Origin: Candidatus Aminicenantales bacterium
GTDB lineage: Bacteria > Acidobacteriota > Aminicenantia > Aminicenantales > Saccharicenantaceae
NCBI GenBank assembly: GCA_049512315.1
Contig: JBEKXF010000010.1
Span: forward strand, 62,001 to 126,000
DNA length: 64,000 nt
Reading direction: 5' to 3'
Made by a program: the position numbers and the translations under genes. The notes under the pieces are model-generated. The model ran no database searches. It was not told the origin of the DNA and was given only the letters and a program-made list of their open reading frames with translations. Position 1 is the stretch's first letter. Every line of letters begins with the position of its first letter. Positions 18,640 through 27,776 of this stretch are shown here, piece by piece.

Positions 18640-20025
18640 ATGAGAGCGGACCTTCTCAGCCAACTCCTGTGCCCCAATTGTGGTGGAGCGCTTACGGCGA
18701 GCGTAAGATCCCCCTCCCAAGGGAGCGAGATCGAATATGGGATTCTGACGTGCGGCTGCAATGAGTACCCCATCATCGGTGGAATTCCGATTTTTAAGGT
18801 TGAAGGCCGGGTCGATGTCATGCGGCAAACGGCTGATTCCGTTTTACAATATGGACCTAACATCAAGGAACTAATCAGCCTTGTCCGGGCCGGCCAATAT
18901 GAAAAAGCGCTTCTATTGCTCTTGGTCATTCCTAAACGAACCGTCAACAAGCTATTGGCATTCGTCGATTACGCACCCCAAAAGGCTAGGGCGGGAGTCC
19001 AGGCCCTAGCTAGGCGCCTGTGGTCAAATCAGCAACAGAAGAACCGGGAACTGCTGGTCAATATTGAGAAAGGGACAACGGCTCATGATTTAATCAGCTT
19101 CTTCTACCGGGATTCTCTGCGCAGCGAGGATTACAACTATTTTTATTACAGATTTTCTCAGCCTCGCCACCTCGCTCAGCTCTCCTTGGCAAGCCTCTTG
19201 CCGGTTTCCGAAAAGCCCATTCTGGATTTGGCCTGCGGGTTCGGACACGTCATGCATTACTGGATCATGACTCATCCCGGGCAGCGAGTCGTCGGCGTCG
19301 ATCGCAATTTTTTCCAACTCTACGTCGCAAGACATTGGGTGGCCCCGGGCGGGGATTTCATCTGCTCTGAGGCTGATCTCAAGCTTCCGTTTTCTTCGCA
19401 CAGTTTCTGCGGTGTGTTTTGCGGGGATGCCTTTCATTGCTTTCTGAGGCGATGGCAGTGCGCTGAGGAGATGAAACGTGTGATCGAGCCGGAGGGATTG
19501 ATCATTCTGGCGCGCTTCGGTAACCGTCAGGCCGGACCACGAGAAGGGTATGAATTATCCGTGGAAGGCTATTTGAAGCTGTTTGAAGGCCTCCGCTGGC
19601 GAATGCTGTCCGAGGACGATCTCCTGCAGGGGTACCTCAAACGACTTGGCCCTCAGCTGGAAGAGCCATCGACCTTGTCAGGTTTAACTCCCCTTAAATG
19701 GCTTTATCTCGTGGCCTCCGAGAGGGCTGAGAGGTTTCGGAATTACCCAAGATTCGAGACCTGGCCTCACAGTGTGGGCCGGTTAAAATTGAACCCCTTA
19801 TATAGAGAAGTGAACAAGGACCCCGCCGGCAATATGACGGTTGAGTTCCAGTTTCCATCGAGCTGGTATGAATTTGAGAACTCAGCCTGCTCACAATATA
19901 TGCCCAAGACGGCCATCATCAGCACGAGTACTCTCAATGCCCTGTCGGCGGGGACATGGTCCGATGAAATCGAATCTCTCGTCCGACAATGCGTTATCAT
20001 TGGAGTGCCTGACCGTTATTTATAG
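18640..20025 (+). CDS. Trm112-like N-terminal Zn ribbon fused to a class I SAM methyltransferase domain
   Basis: LLCPNCGG...GILTCGC..YPIIGGIP; ILDLACGFG, VVGVD; AAGGGA RBS before ATG 18640. Confidence 0.75.
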   Translation: MRADLLSQLLCPNCGGALTASVRSPSQGSEIEYGILTCGCNEYPIIGGIPIFKVEGRVDVMRQTADSVLQYGPNIKELISLVRAGQYEKALLLLLVIPKRTVNKLLAFVDYAPQKARAGVQALARRLWSNQQQKNRELLVNIEKGTTAHDLISFFYRDSLRSEDYNYFYYRFSQPRHLAQLSLASLLPVSEKPILDLACGFGHVMHYWIMTHPGQRVVGVDRNFFQLYVARHWVAPGGDFICSEADLKLPFSSHSFCGVFCGDAFHCFLRRWQCAEEMKRVIEPEGLIILARFGNRQAGPREGYELSVEGYLKLFEGLRWRMLSEDDLLQGYLKRLGPQLEEPSTLSGLTPLKWLYLVASERAERFRNYPRFETWPHSVGRLKLNPLYREVNKDPAGNMTVEFQFPSSWYEFENSACSQYMPKTAIISTSTLNALSAGTWSDEIESLVRQCVIIGVPDRYL

Positions 20026-20079
20026 GAGAGGAGTCATCCTCCCAGCGCCGCCAGGTGCCGGAGCCATCAGTGAGGCCGC

Positions 20080-20238
20080 ATGGACCTGCAAATTGTCAAC
20101 CCCATTGATTACGCCGGATGGGACGCCCTTTTGCTGAGAAGCGGCGACCATTCGTTTAGACGTGCAGAGGCACGACCTCGGGCAGGTATAGATCGGCCGG
20201 GTAATCCGGCGGACAGTGTACTAATTTTGGACATATAA
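20080..20238 (+). pseudogene. N-terminal stub of a FemAB/GNAT-like gene
   Basis: GAGG RBS then MDLQIVNPIDYAGWDALLLRSGDHSF, then unrelated sequence; resembles the W-D...S-F-F-H start of polysaccharide-locus GNAT proteins. Confidence 0.5.
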
Positions 20239-20423
20239 GAATTTCGTCCTTCCCCACCTCTTACAAAAAGGTCCCTCCATATGGGGGAAAATGGACGGCT
20301 AGCTGCCGCCTTGATTTTCGAGCTCAAAAAATGTTAGTGTATTTATGAAGAAGGGCCAAGGATCATAGGGGTCATAGGAGGAAAGGAAAAATGCCAGGAA
20401 TCAATTCATATAAAAGAGCTCGT

Positions 20424-21833
20424 ATGAAGAGCGGATTGAAGTTGGCAATATTGGTTTTTTCATTTTTGGCGTTGCTTTCTGCCTGCGTCTCGACCAGCAA
20501 CAATACACCGCCAGAGTCAACTCATGGATGGACCTGGGTATCCGGCAGTAATTCCGCAGGTCAGGCGGGCATTTACGGCACCCAGGGCACAGCCTCTCCG
20601 TCAAATGTCCTCGGGGCAAGAGAGTATCCTGTATCCTGGCTCGATTCCAGCGGCAAACCCTGGCTCTTCGGGGGACATGGCTATGATTCGGCTGGCAATG
20701 GCGGCGATCTCAATGACCTGTGGAAGTATGACCCGACAACCCTTGAATGGACCTGGGTATCCGGCAGTAGTACCGCAGGTCAGGCGGGCATCTACGGCAC
20801 CCAGGGCACAGCCGCTCTGTCAAACGTCCCCGGGGCAAGATCTGGTGCTGTATCCTGGCTCGATTCCAGCGGCAAACTCTGGCTCTTTGGGGGAAAGGGC
20901 TATGATTCGGCCGGCAACAACCGGTATCTCAATGACCTATGGAAGTATGACCCGACAACCCTTGAATGGACCTGGGTATCCGGCAGTAATACCATAGATC
21001 AGGCTGGCATCTACGGAACAAAGGGCACAGCCGATTCGTCAAACGTCCCCGGGGGAAGGTATGGGGCTGTATCCTGGCTCGATTCCAGCGGCAAACTCTG
21101 GCTCCACGGGGGATGGGGCTTAGATTCGGCCGGTGCAAACGGCGATCTCAATGACTTGTGGGAGTATGACCCGGCAACCCTTGAATGGACCTGGGTATCC
21201 GGCAGTAATACCATAGATCAGGCGGGCATCTACGGAACAGAGGGCACAGCCGCTCTGTCAGACATCCCCGGGGGAAGGGATACGGCTGCATCCTGGCTCG
21301 ATTCCAGCGGCAAACTCTGGCTCTTCGGCGGCGGAGGCTATGATTCGGCTGGCAATCTAGGCCAGCTCAATGACCTCTGGGAGTATGACCCGACAACCCT
21401 TGAGTGGACCTGGGTATCCGGTAGTAACACGGCAAATCAGGTGGGCATCTACGGCACCCAGGGCACGGCCGCTCCGTCAAACGTCCCCGGGGGAAGGTGT
21501 GGGGTTGTATCCTGGCTCGATTCCAGCGGCAAACTCTGGCTCTTCGGGGGAAAGGGCTATGATTCGGCTGGCAATCTAGGCGAGCTCAATGACCTCTGGG
21601 AGTATGACCCGACAACCCTTGAATGGACCTGGGTATCCGGCAGTGAAATAGCAAATCAGGTGGGCACGTACGGTACCCAGGGCAGACGCGCTCTGTCAAA
21701 CGTCCCCGGGGGAAGGGAATATGCTGTATCCTGGCTCGATTCGAGCGGCAAACTCTGGCTCTTCGGGGGAGCGGGCTATGATTCGGCTGGCCGTTACAAC
21801 TATCTCAATGACCTGTGGCATTACACCCGATAA
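20424..21833 (+). CDS. Kelch-repeat beta-propeller lipoprotein (6 x 73 aa)
   Basis: Lipobox LLSAC; six repeats WTWVSGS...GxR...W.DSSGK.WL.GG...LNDLW.Y. Confidence 0.88.
   Translation: MKSGLKLAILVFSFLALLSACVSTSNNTPPESTHGWTWVSGSNSAGQAGIYGTQGTASPSNVLGAREYPVSWLDSSGKPWLFGGHGYDSAGNGGDLNDLWKYDPTTLEWTWVSGSSTAGQAGIYGTQGTAALSNVPGARSGAVSWLDSSGKLWLFGGKGYDSAGNNRYLNDLWKYDPTTLEWTWVSGSNTIDQAGIYGTKGTADSSNVPGGRYGAVSWLDSSGKLWLHGGWGLDSAGANGDLNDLWEYDPATLEWTWVSGSNTIDQAGIYGTEGTAALSDIPGGRDTAASWLDSSGKLWLFGGGGYDSAGNLGQLNDLWEYDPTTLEWTWVSGSNTANQVGIYGTQGTAAPSNVPGGRCGVVSWLDSSGKLWLFGGKGYDSAGNLGELNDLWEYDPTTLEWTWVSGSEIANQVGTYGTQGRRALSNVPGGREYAVSWLDSSGKLWLFGGAGYDSAGRYNYLNDLWHYTR
20529..21830 (+). repeat. Six near-identical 219-bp intragenic tandem repeats
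   Basis: TGGACCTGGGTATCCGG starts at 20529, 20748, 20967, 21186, 21405 and 21624. Confidence 0.95.
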
Positions 21834-21954
21834 GGGATGTCAGATATTTTCGTGCAGAGGCGCCCAGGCGCGGCGATTACCCTAAGAAGCTCTTTTCATT
21901 GGCTCCGGCGGGCGTCCGTCGCATCATCGGTCGCGTCTTCTACAGGCACATCGG

Positions 21955-23265
21955 CTAAGAATTATATTTTCTGAACACGGGTTTTACGGACTCCCCGACC
22001 AGGTACTTCTCGATGCCCTCATTCAGCGCCTTTTTGTAGACGACCAGGGCTTCTGCGATTCTTTCGACGGTTTGTTTGATATCCCGGTCCGAATGCGAAT
22101 ACGAGACGATGCTGGAAGGCATCAAGAGTCCCCGTTTCATGGTCTCCTGCAGGAACAGGGTCCTGAAGGGCTGAGAGGGCTTCCCGTCCTGGTCGCGGCT
22201 CGTGTAGACGGAACAGCAGTCCGGCCCGATGATGGACACCTGTTCCCGGAGGCCAAGCTCTCCGGAAACCCGATTGACTCCCTCCGCAAGCTTATGTCCC
22301 TGTCGGTAGAGAGTCTCGATGACCGGGTTCTCCTTGTAGAACTTCATGGTCGCCAGCGCCGCCGCCAGGGCATGATTTTCGGCGCCGTGCGTGGTCGATA
22401 TCAAGAAGACCCTCTCCTTATCATGGCGCAGCCCGCCGAGCTCCATGATCTCCCTTTTTCCCGCCAGCGCGGAAATGGCGAAACCGTTTCCCAGGGCTTT
22501 GCCGAAAGCGGACAGGTCGGGCACGATGTCGTATTTTTTTTGGGCCCCGCCGAGGTGCCAACGGAACCCGGTGATCATCTCGTCGAGGATGAAGACGGTC
22601 CCGTTCTCGTGGGCGATCTTCTGAAGCTCGTGCAGGAAGTTGTCCTTGGGCGGGTCGTACTTCTCGGCCTCGAGAATGACACAGGCGACCTTGCCGGGAT
22701 GCCTGTCGAAAAGCTCTTTGACGCTTTCGATATCGTTGAAGTGAAACTTGACGGTGAGCTCCTTGGTGCAATCGGGGATGCCCGCCGACATGGGCGTGCT
22801 TCCGATGAACCAATCGTCGACCGAGAAAAAGGGCTGATCCCCGCAAATGGCCACCAGATCCCTTCCGGTAAAAGCCCTGGCCAGCTTAACCGCCCCGCTC
22901 GTCGCGTCGGAGCCGTCCTTGCAGAATTTCACCATGTCGGCGCCGTCGATGATGGATAGGAACTCCTCGGCGCAGTCCAACTCGATCTTCGCCGGCCTGA
23001 CGAAGTTGTTGCCCAGCAGCATCTGCCCATGGGCCGCCTCGACGACAGGATCGAACGCGTGACCTAAGGTGACGGTGCGCAACCCCATCCCGTATTCGAT
23101 GTATTCGTTGCCGTCGATGTCCCAGACGTGGGACCCCTTGCCCCGGGAGATGTATACGGGCATGCCCTGGGGATATTGGTCATCCCCTTTCGCGTAGGTA
23201 TGACATCCGCCGGGAATGATCTCGTTGAACCTTGTCTGGATTTTTAGGGAACTCTGCAGCTTCAT
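21955..23265 (-). CDS. Class III PLP aminotransferase, glutamate-1-semialdehyde aminomutase-like (polysaccharide-locus type)
   Basis: WDIDGNEY, FILDEMITGFR, AFGKALGNG. Confidence 0.85.
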   Translation of the reverse strand: MKLQSSLKIQTRFNEIIPGGCHTYAKGDDQYPQGMPVYISRGKGSHVWDIDGNEYIEYGMGLRTVTLGHAFDPVVEAAHGQMLLGNNFVRPAKIELDCAEEFLSIIDGADMVKFCKDGSDATSGAVKLARAFTGRDLVAICGDQPFFSVDDWFIGSTPMSAGIPDCTKELTVKFHFNDIESVKELFDRHPGKVACVILEAEKYDPPKDNFLHELQKIAHENGTVFILDEMITGFRWHLGGAQKKYDIVPDLSAFGKALGNGFAISALAGKREIMELGGLRHDKERVFLISTTHGAENHALAAALATMKFYKENPVIETLYRQGHKLAEGVNRVSGELGLREQVSIIGPDCCSVYTSRDQDGKPSQPFRTLFLQETMKRGLLMPSSIVSYSHSDRDIKQTVERIAEALVVYKKALNEGIEKYLVGESVKPVFRKYNS

Positions 23266-23322
23266 GGTCCCTGGTCGGCTCCTTTATGCGGTTTCGCGAC
23301 CAATGCCGCCCCGCACGAAAAG

Positions 23323-23352
23323 ATGTTAGTCCGTGCTCCGCACCGATGTCAA
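23323..23352 (-). promoter_or_regulatory. Putative sigma70 promoter of the aminotransferase
   Basis: Minus strand TTGACA-N18-TAACAT. Confidence 0.55.
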
Positions 23353-23457
23353 GACCGATGAGCCCGCCCACGCTCGGAGCCTGAACCTAGACGAAGTGCT
23401 GACTTCAGCAGAGCACGACGCCGTCGAAGCTGAAAAAAACGTCCGCCATCCCGTCTC

Positions 23458-24612
23458 CTAGTCCTTCGGAGGCGTCATGCTGATCCGATAGGTCGCGGGG
23501 GAGGTTTTCGCGGCTCTCCGGTAGACCCGCTTGACGAGTCCTCCCAACATGACCCGATCGATATCCTTGAAGAGCCGCGTGCGTTCGTGCCTTCGCAGGC
23601 AGGCCTTCAAGGCATCGCGAAGGGCTTTGTCACCCGTCCGCGTGGCGAGGTCGTAATTTTCCTTGAAAAAGATCATTTCGATATCGTTGGCGATTCGTAT
23701 TTTCTTGATCTTGGAAAGGGACGGAAACGGCGGGAAGGCGGGGGTGGATACGCCGAGCAGCTGCAGGGGGATCATCGTCCGAAGGCATTTTTCGCAATGA
23801 CCGCAGTTGCGGGTCACTTCATGAGCGCAGACCAGCAAATTCGCCAGGGCGGAAGGGCTTTCGGCGATCTTGATGACCTTGTCCACCCTCCGGGCTTCGG
23901 CACCCTCGTGGATGATCTCGACTCCTTCGGTCGACCACAGGGGGTCCGTGAGCGGATGTGAGCCCAAGGGAACGAGCTGGCTGTACGAGTAGGCCGACGA
24001 CACGTAGGTGCGTGGGAATCCCAGGAGCAGGGCGATGCTGGCCAGGGCGCTTCCCTGGGTGAGCAGGATGCTCAGGTTGTGATGATAGCCGAAGGCATTG
24101 GAATTCGTGCCGACCGGGATGACGGTCTTGCCGAAGCCTCGCACGAAGGATGCGTTGCGCTCGAAGGCCGTCCTGAAGCTCGCATCGTCAACGAGGAAAT
24201 CGAACCCCTGGATGTAAACCACGTGACTGATCTCCTCGCGGCGTTTCAGGAGCGTGAACATGCTGTCCACGCCGCCCGAAAAGAAGGATATGGCCCCATC
24301 GTTGAGCGGTCCGGCCACCCGGGTTGCGGCGTCGATGAGGACGACCTTCAACACAGGATTCCAGGCATGGTGGATGTCCTGAAAGACCGAACAATTCCGG
24401 AGGAGTTTTGGAGAGATGGGCAAGCTCGCGTCGAACTCGAGCTTTTCCCCTTTCGCCATCGCCGGGAGAAGCGCCGCGGCCAGGAACGGGTCGCCGGCGT
24501 GGGAGACGGGAATGGACTTCGGCACTCGGAACCAGAGCCGGAAGTCGTCTATGGCGGCGGAGACTTCCTGGATGTCTCCCTGCTCTTTGATTTCCCAGTT
24601 CTCAATGCGCAT
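23458..24612 (-). CDS. QueC-like PP-loop ATP pyrophosphatase-fold protein, paralog 1
   Basis: FFSGGVDS; C-x7-CxxCxxC (VCAHEVTRNCGHCEKC); GSHPLTDPLW. Confidence 0.7.
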   Translation of the reverse strand: MRIENWEIKEQGDIQEVSAAIDDFRLWFRVPKSIPVSHAGDPFLAAALLPAMAKGEKLEFDASLPISPKLLRNCSVFQDIHHAWNPVLKVVLIDAATRVAGPLNDGAISFFSGGVDSMFTLLKRREEISHVVYIQGFDFLVDDASFRTAFERNASFVRGFGKTVIPVGTNSNAFGYHHNLSILLTQGSALASIALLLGFPRTYVSSAYSYSQLVPLGSHPLTDPLWSTEGVEIIHEGAEARRVDKVIKIAESPSALANLLVCAHEVTRNCGHCEKCLRTMIPLQLLGVSTPAFPPFPSLSKIKKIRIANDIEMIFFKENYDLATRTGDKALRDALKACLRRHERTRLFKDIDRVMLGGLVKRVYRRAAKTSPATYRISMTPPKD

Positions 24613-24642
24613 GTTCTGCTCACCCTTAGGGAAGAGGCACGG

Positions 24643-26109
24643 TCAAGAGCGTTGGATTTTAATATGCCAGTTATCCGGTTCGATGAAATCCAGGTCGGGC
24701 ATCATTTTGTGATAGTCGCGGGCCAAGTCCTTCGTATTCCAGTCCGGGATATTCGACGAAACGACGACCGGCCCCGCGTTGATGAGCCATTGTTCTTTCC
24801 GGGCATTCCTCATGAGCGGAATTTTCTCATGGTCGAAGCCCATCAATCTCGTCGCCGTCAGATCGACGGCATAGGGGTTATGCCCTCCCACGAGTATTCC
24901 GGCGGGCTTTTTCAGGCAGCACAATGGGCCGTTCTTCTCTCCGCCGACGATGCCGTCGATGACATTGAAAATCCTTCGCTGCAGGCCGTTTCCCATGACG
25001 CCGTTCTTATCCGCGAACAACATGATCCTGTTGAGATCGAGAGCCACGCGCCAGATAGTATCATTCCCTTGCCAACAGCCTTTGGGGGGCTTGACCAAGC
25101 GATATTTGGTTTCGATCCTTCTTATGAAACCGGCCTTATCGCCAGCCAGGTTCGAACATAAATAGAGAAACTTCCGTTTGAGGTCGTTTTTATGCCGCTT
25201 CATCTTGCCCCCGATTTTTTCCATCAGGCCATAGTCCGGGGTTTCATCCCCGTTTCTGCTGGGGGGGCCTTTCCTCAGATGGGGAATATAGGATTTATTC
25301 GTGGCGAGACCGACGAGATTCTTCAGGCTGAGCGTGACTCCCGCCTTGTAGTGGGTTTTCAGCTTCGGCACATTGATGAAGACGTCCGCGTCCAGGAACT
25401 CCCGGGCAATCCGGTATTTATTCGCAAGACGATTGTGGACTTTGGCCATGAAGGAATTGTCTTCATAGAGGTACGTGAGATTCTCCAGCTCCTTGTCGCT
25501 GAAGAGATCCAGGAACGAGTCCTGTTTCAGGTCGATTTCGATTCCCAGATGATCGAATTCGTGGAATTCTTCTTCGCTGCCTCTAGCGAATCTCATATCG
25601 ATGAGCTTGATATCGAATTTCTCACTCCGATAAAGATTAGTCAGATAGCCGATCGTGGGCTGCAGATGATTCTTGTTGGTTATGATTTGAAAATTGGCCT
25701 CCGGAACCGGGGCATCGCCGACGACGATTTCCCCGCGCCCTTCAAGCGCCAAATGGACATAGTCGATGATCGGCCTGATGACGCTGGCGTGGGTGACCAT
25801 GGAATTCATGTCCTGGCCGATCCCATTGTTCTCCCTGACCAGATTCGGCTTGATGAATACTTTATTTCCCGGGACGATCAATCCCGAAAGAGGGTTCCAT
25901 TTCCCGCTATCGATACGTTCCTTATCCAATTCAAGGGCGATGAAGAGCTTCCTGACAGAATCATAGATCGGGTTGAAGCCGCTCATTTTGCTATTCTTCG
26001 TGCCCGAGAATTCTGGATAAAGGGCCGGCGGATCGAAGGGGACTTCCACGTCATAATGATCGATCGTTTTGATCACGGCCACTTCATTCTTGTAGAAGAG
26101 CTCGTTCAT
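24643..26109 (-). CDS. DUF362-domain protein
   Basis: KVFIKPNLV, VVGDAP, NVPKLKTH..GVTLSLKNLVG, IDGIVGGE.NGP. Confidence 0.8.
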   Translation of the reverse strand: MNELFYKNEVAVIKTIDHYDVEVPFDPPALYPEFSGTKNSKMSGFNPIYDSVRKLFIALELDKERIDSGKWNPLSGLIVPGNKVFIKPNLVRENNGIGQDMNSMVTHASVIRPIIDYVHLALEGRGEIVVGDAPVPEANFQIITNKNHLQPTIGYLTNLYRSEKFDIKLIDMRFARGSEEEFHEFDHLGIEIDLKQDSFLDLFSDKELENLTYLYEDNSFMAKVHNRLANKYRIAREFLDADVFINVPKLKTHYKAGVTLSLKNLVGLATNKSYIPHLRKGPPSRNGDETPDYGLMEKIGGKMKRHKNDLKRKFLYLCSNLAGDKAGFIRRIETKYRLVKPPKGCWQGNDTIWRVALDLNRIMLFADKNGVMGNGLQRRIFNVIDGIVGGEKNGPLCCLKKPAGILVGGHNPYAVDLTATRLMGFDHEKIPLMRNARKEQWLINAGPVVVSSNIPDWNTKDLARDYHKMMPDLDFIEPDNWHIKIQRS

Positions 26110-26183
26110 TTTTTTCCCCTGTACCCAAATGCGCGCAAATCGCCTCTCTTGGCCTAGGGCTCGATCAGTCCTCGCAGGCCATG

Positions 26184-26213
26184 ATCATAGCCGGGGCCTC
26201 GTGGCAATGTCAA
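26184..26213 (-). promoter_or_regulatory. Putative sigma70 promoter of DUF362 plus QueC-like paralog 1
   Basis: Minus strand TTGACA-N18-TATGAT. Confidence 0.65.
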
Positions 26214-26219
26214 ACGGGA

Positions 26220-27743
26220 TCAGTCACTCGGAGGGGTGGTATCGATCCGTTGGATCCCCTCCGCGGCATTCGCTCTGGCCCGGAGGACGCGTCTGACGAG
26301 GCCGCGCAAGATCACTCGATCCGCTTCCTTGAAGAGCCGCTGGCGCTCATAGCGTGCCAGGCAAGATTGCAGGGCGTCCCGCAGCTCGTCATCTCCCGAT
26401 TTCAGGGCCAAGTCCAAATTATCCTGGAAAAAATTCAGCTCGATGTCGCCGGCGATTCGCATCTTCCTGATGACCTCGGTCGGAGGGAGAGGAGGAAAGG
26501 GGCCAGTCCCGGCCTGCAGCAATTTCAGCGAGATCATGGTGCGCAGGCATTTTTGACACTTGCCGCAATTGACATTCATGTCGTGGAAGCAAACCCTCAG
26601 GTTGGCCAGCGCGTGCCCGTCTTCGGCGATCCTCATGACCTTGTCCACCCGCCTTGCTTCCGACCCGTCATGGGTGATCTCCATGCCTTCATTCGCCCAC
26701 AGGGGATCCGTCAGGGGATGCGAGCCCAAGGGGAAAAGCTGGCTATAGGAGTAGGACGACGGGACGAAAACACGCGCGAAGCCGAGGAGCAGGGCCACGC
26801 TGGCCAAAGCCCCCCCCTGGGACAGGTTTCGGCTCAGGTTATAGCGATAGCCGAAAGGAAAATGGTTGGTCTCGACGGGGATGAGTGTCTTGCCCAAGCC
26901 GCGCGCAAAAGAGGCGTTGCGTTCGATGGCCGTCGGATAGACCTCGCTTTTCTCCCTCGCGATCTCCAACGGATAGGCATCCTCCAACAGCAGGCGGTTC
27001 AACCGCTCCGGACTCTCCCCCTCCAGGGCCCGCTCCAGCAGGCGCCGTGTTTCCGGCCGCAGTCTGATGCCGGCGAAGCGCTCGTCCCGATATATCGTCG
27101 GCCCGGCGATGATCTTGCCGAGGTCCGCGGCCAGGGCTTTTTCCAGCGCGCCCGGATCCGAGCCCGAATCCCGGTATCTCGACAAGACCTGCCGTGTCGA
27201 CTCCGAAAGGGCGCTCATGACAAAAACGGAGACGGCACCGCTCGCGGCGTGCAGCTTGCAGGCGATCTGGGCCAGGTCGCTGATATCGGCCGCGGAGAAT
27301 GGCAGGTCCTGGCCGCGGCCCGCAAAGAAATCGAATCCCTGGATGAAAACGATATGACTGATCTCCTCGATCCTTTTGAGCAGAGTGTAGGTGCTGTCCA
27401 CGCCTCCGGAGAAGAAGGACATCGCTCCCGGGCGGAGGGGCTGGCTGGCTGATGTCTGTGCGCTGACCGGGATGATCTTCAAAACGGGATTCCAGCTATG
27501 GTGGATCTCCTGCAGCACGGCCAGATTCTTGAGAAGCTTCGGTGATACGGGCAACCGGGGGTCGATCTCAAGTTTTTCCCCTTGCAGCATCGCCGGAAGA
27601 AGCGCCGCCGCCAGAAAGGGGTCGCCCGCCCTGGTCACCGGATAGGATCGGGGTAACCGGTACCATAAGCGGAAGCCGTCAATTTCCGCGGAGACTTCTA
27701 CGGTATCTGTCTGTTCGCTGATTTCCCAGCCCTTGACCTGCAT
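26220..27743 (-). CDS. QueC-like PP-loop protein, paralog 2, with a ~123-aa internal insertion
   Basis: Colinear with 23458-24612 (AGDPFLAAALLPAM, FFSGGVDS, GSHPLTDPLW, CGKCQKCLRTM) except for the insert after IQGFDF. Confidence 0.7.
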   Translation of the reverse strand: MQVKGWEISEQTDTVEVSAEIDGFRLWYRLPRSYPVTRAGDPFLAAALLPAMLQGEKLEIDPRLPVSPKLLKNLAVLQEIHHSWNPVLKIIPVSAQTSASQPLRPGAMSFFSGGVDSTYTLLKRIEEISHIVFIQGFDFFAGRGQDLPFSAADISDLAQIACKLHAASGAVSVFVMSALSESTRQVLSRYRDSGSDPGALEKALAADLGKIIAGPTIYRDERFAGIRLRPETRRLLERALEGESPERLNRLLLEDAYPLEIAREKSEVYPTAIERNASFARGLGKTLIPVETNHFPFGYRYNLSRNLSQGGALASVALLLGFARVFVPSSYSYSQLFPLGSHPLTDPLWANEGMEITHDGSEARRVDKVMRIAEDGHALANLRVCFHDMNVNCGKCQKCLRTMISLKLLQAGTGPFPPLPPTEVIRKMRIAGDIELNFFQDNLDLALKSGDDELRDALQSCLARYERQRLFKEADRVILRGLVRRVLRARANAAEGIQRIDTTPPSD

Positions 27744-27776
27744 ATTAGATACTCTCTAAGAATCCCATCGATGACG

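Noticed and set aside
20529..21830. 219-bp repeats as a CRISPR array or DGR template/variable repeats
   Set aside because: They are in-frame coding repeats without spacers; differences are not adenine-specific; no reverse transcriptase or cas gene in the window
21955..23265. Calling this gene hemL
   Set aside because: No tetrapyrrole genes nearby; context suggests the polysaccharide-associated class III aminotransferase clade
26955..27323. Insert as an intein
   Set aside because: No Cys/Ser start with His-Asn end before a nucleophile, and no Hint or homing-endonuclease motifs
23458..27743. QueC-like pair as queuosine synthesis or a Qat/CBASS/Dpd defence system
   Set aside because: No queDEF, tgt/dpdA, cyclase, TatD or P-loop ATPase partner genes in the window
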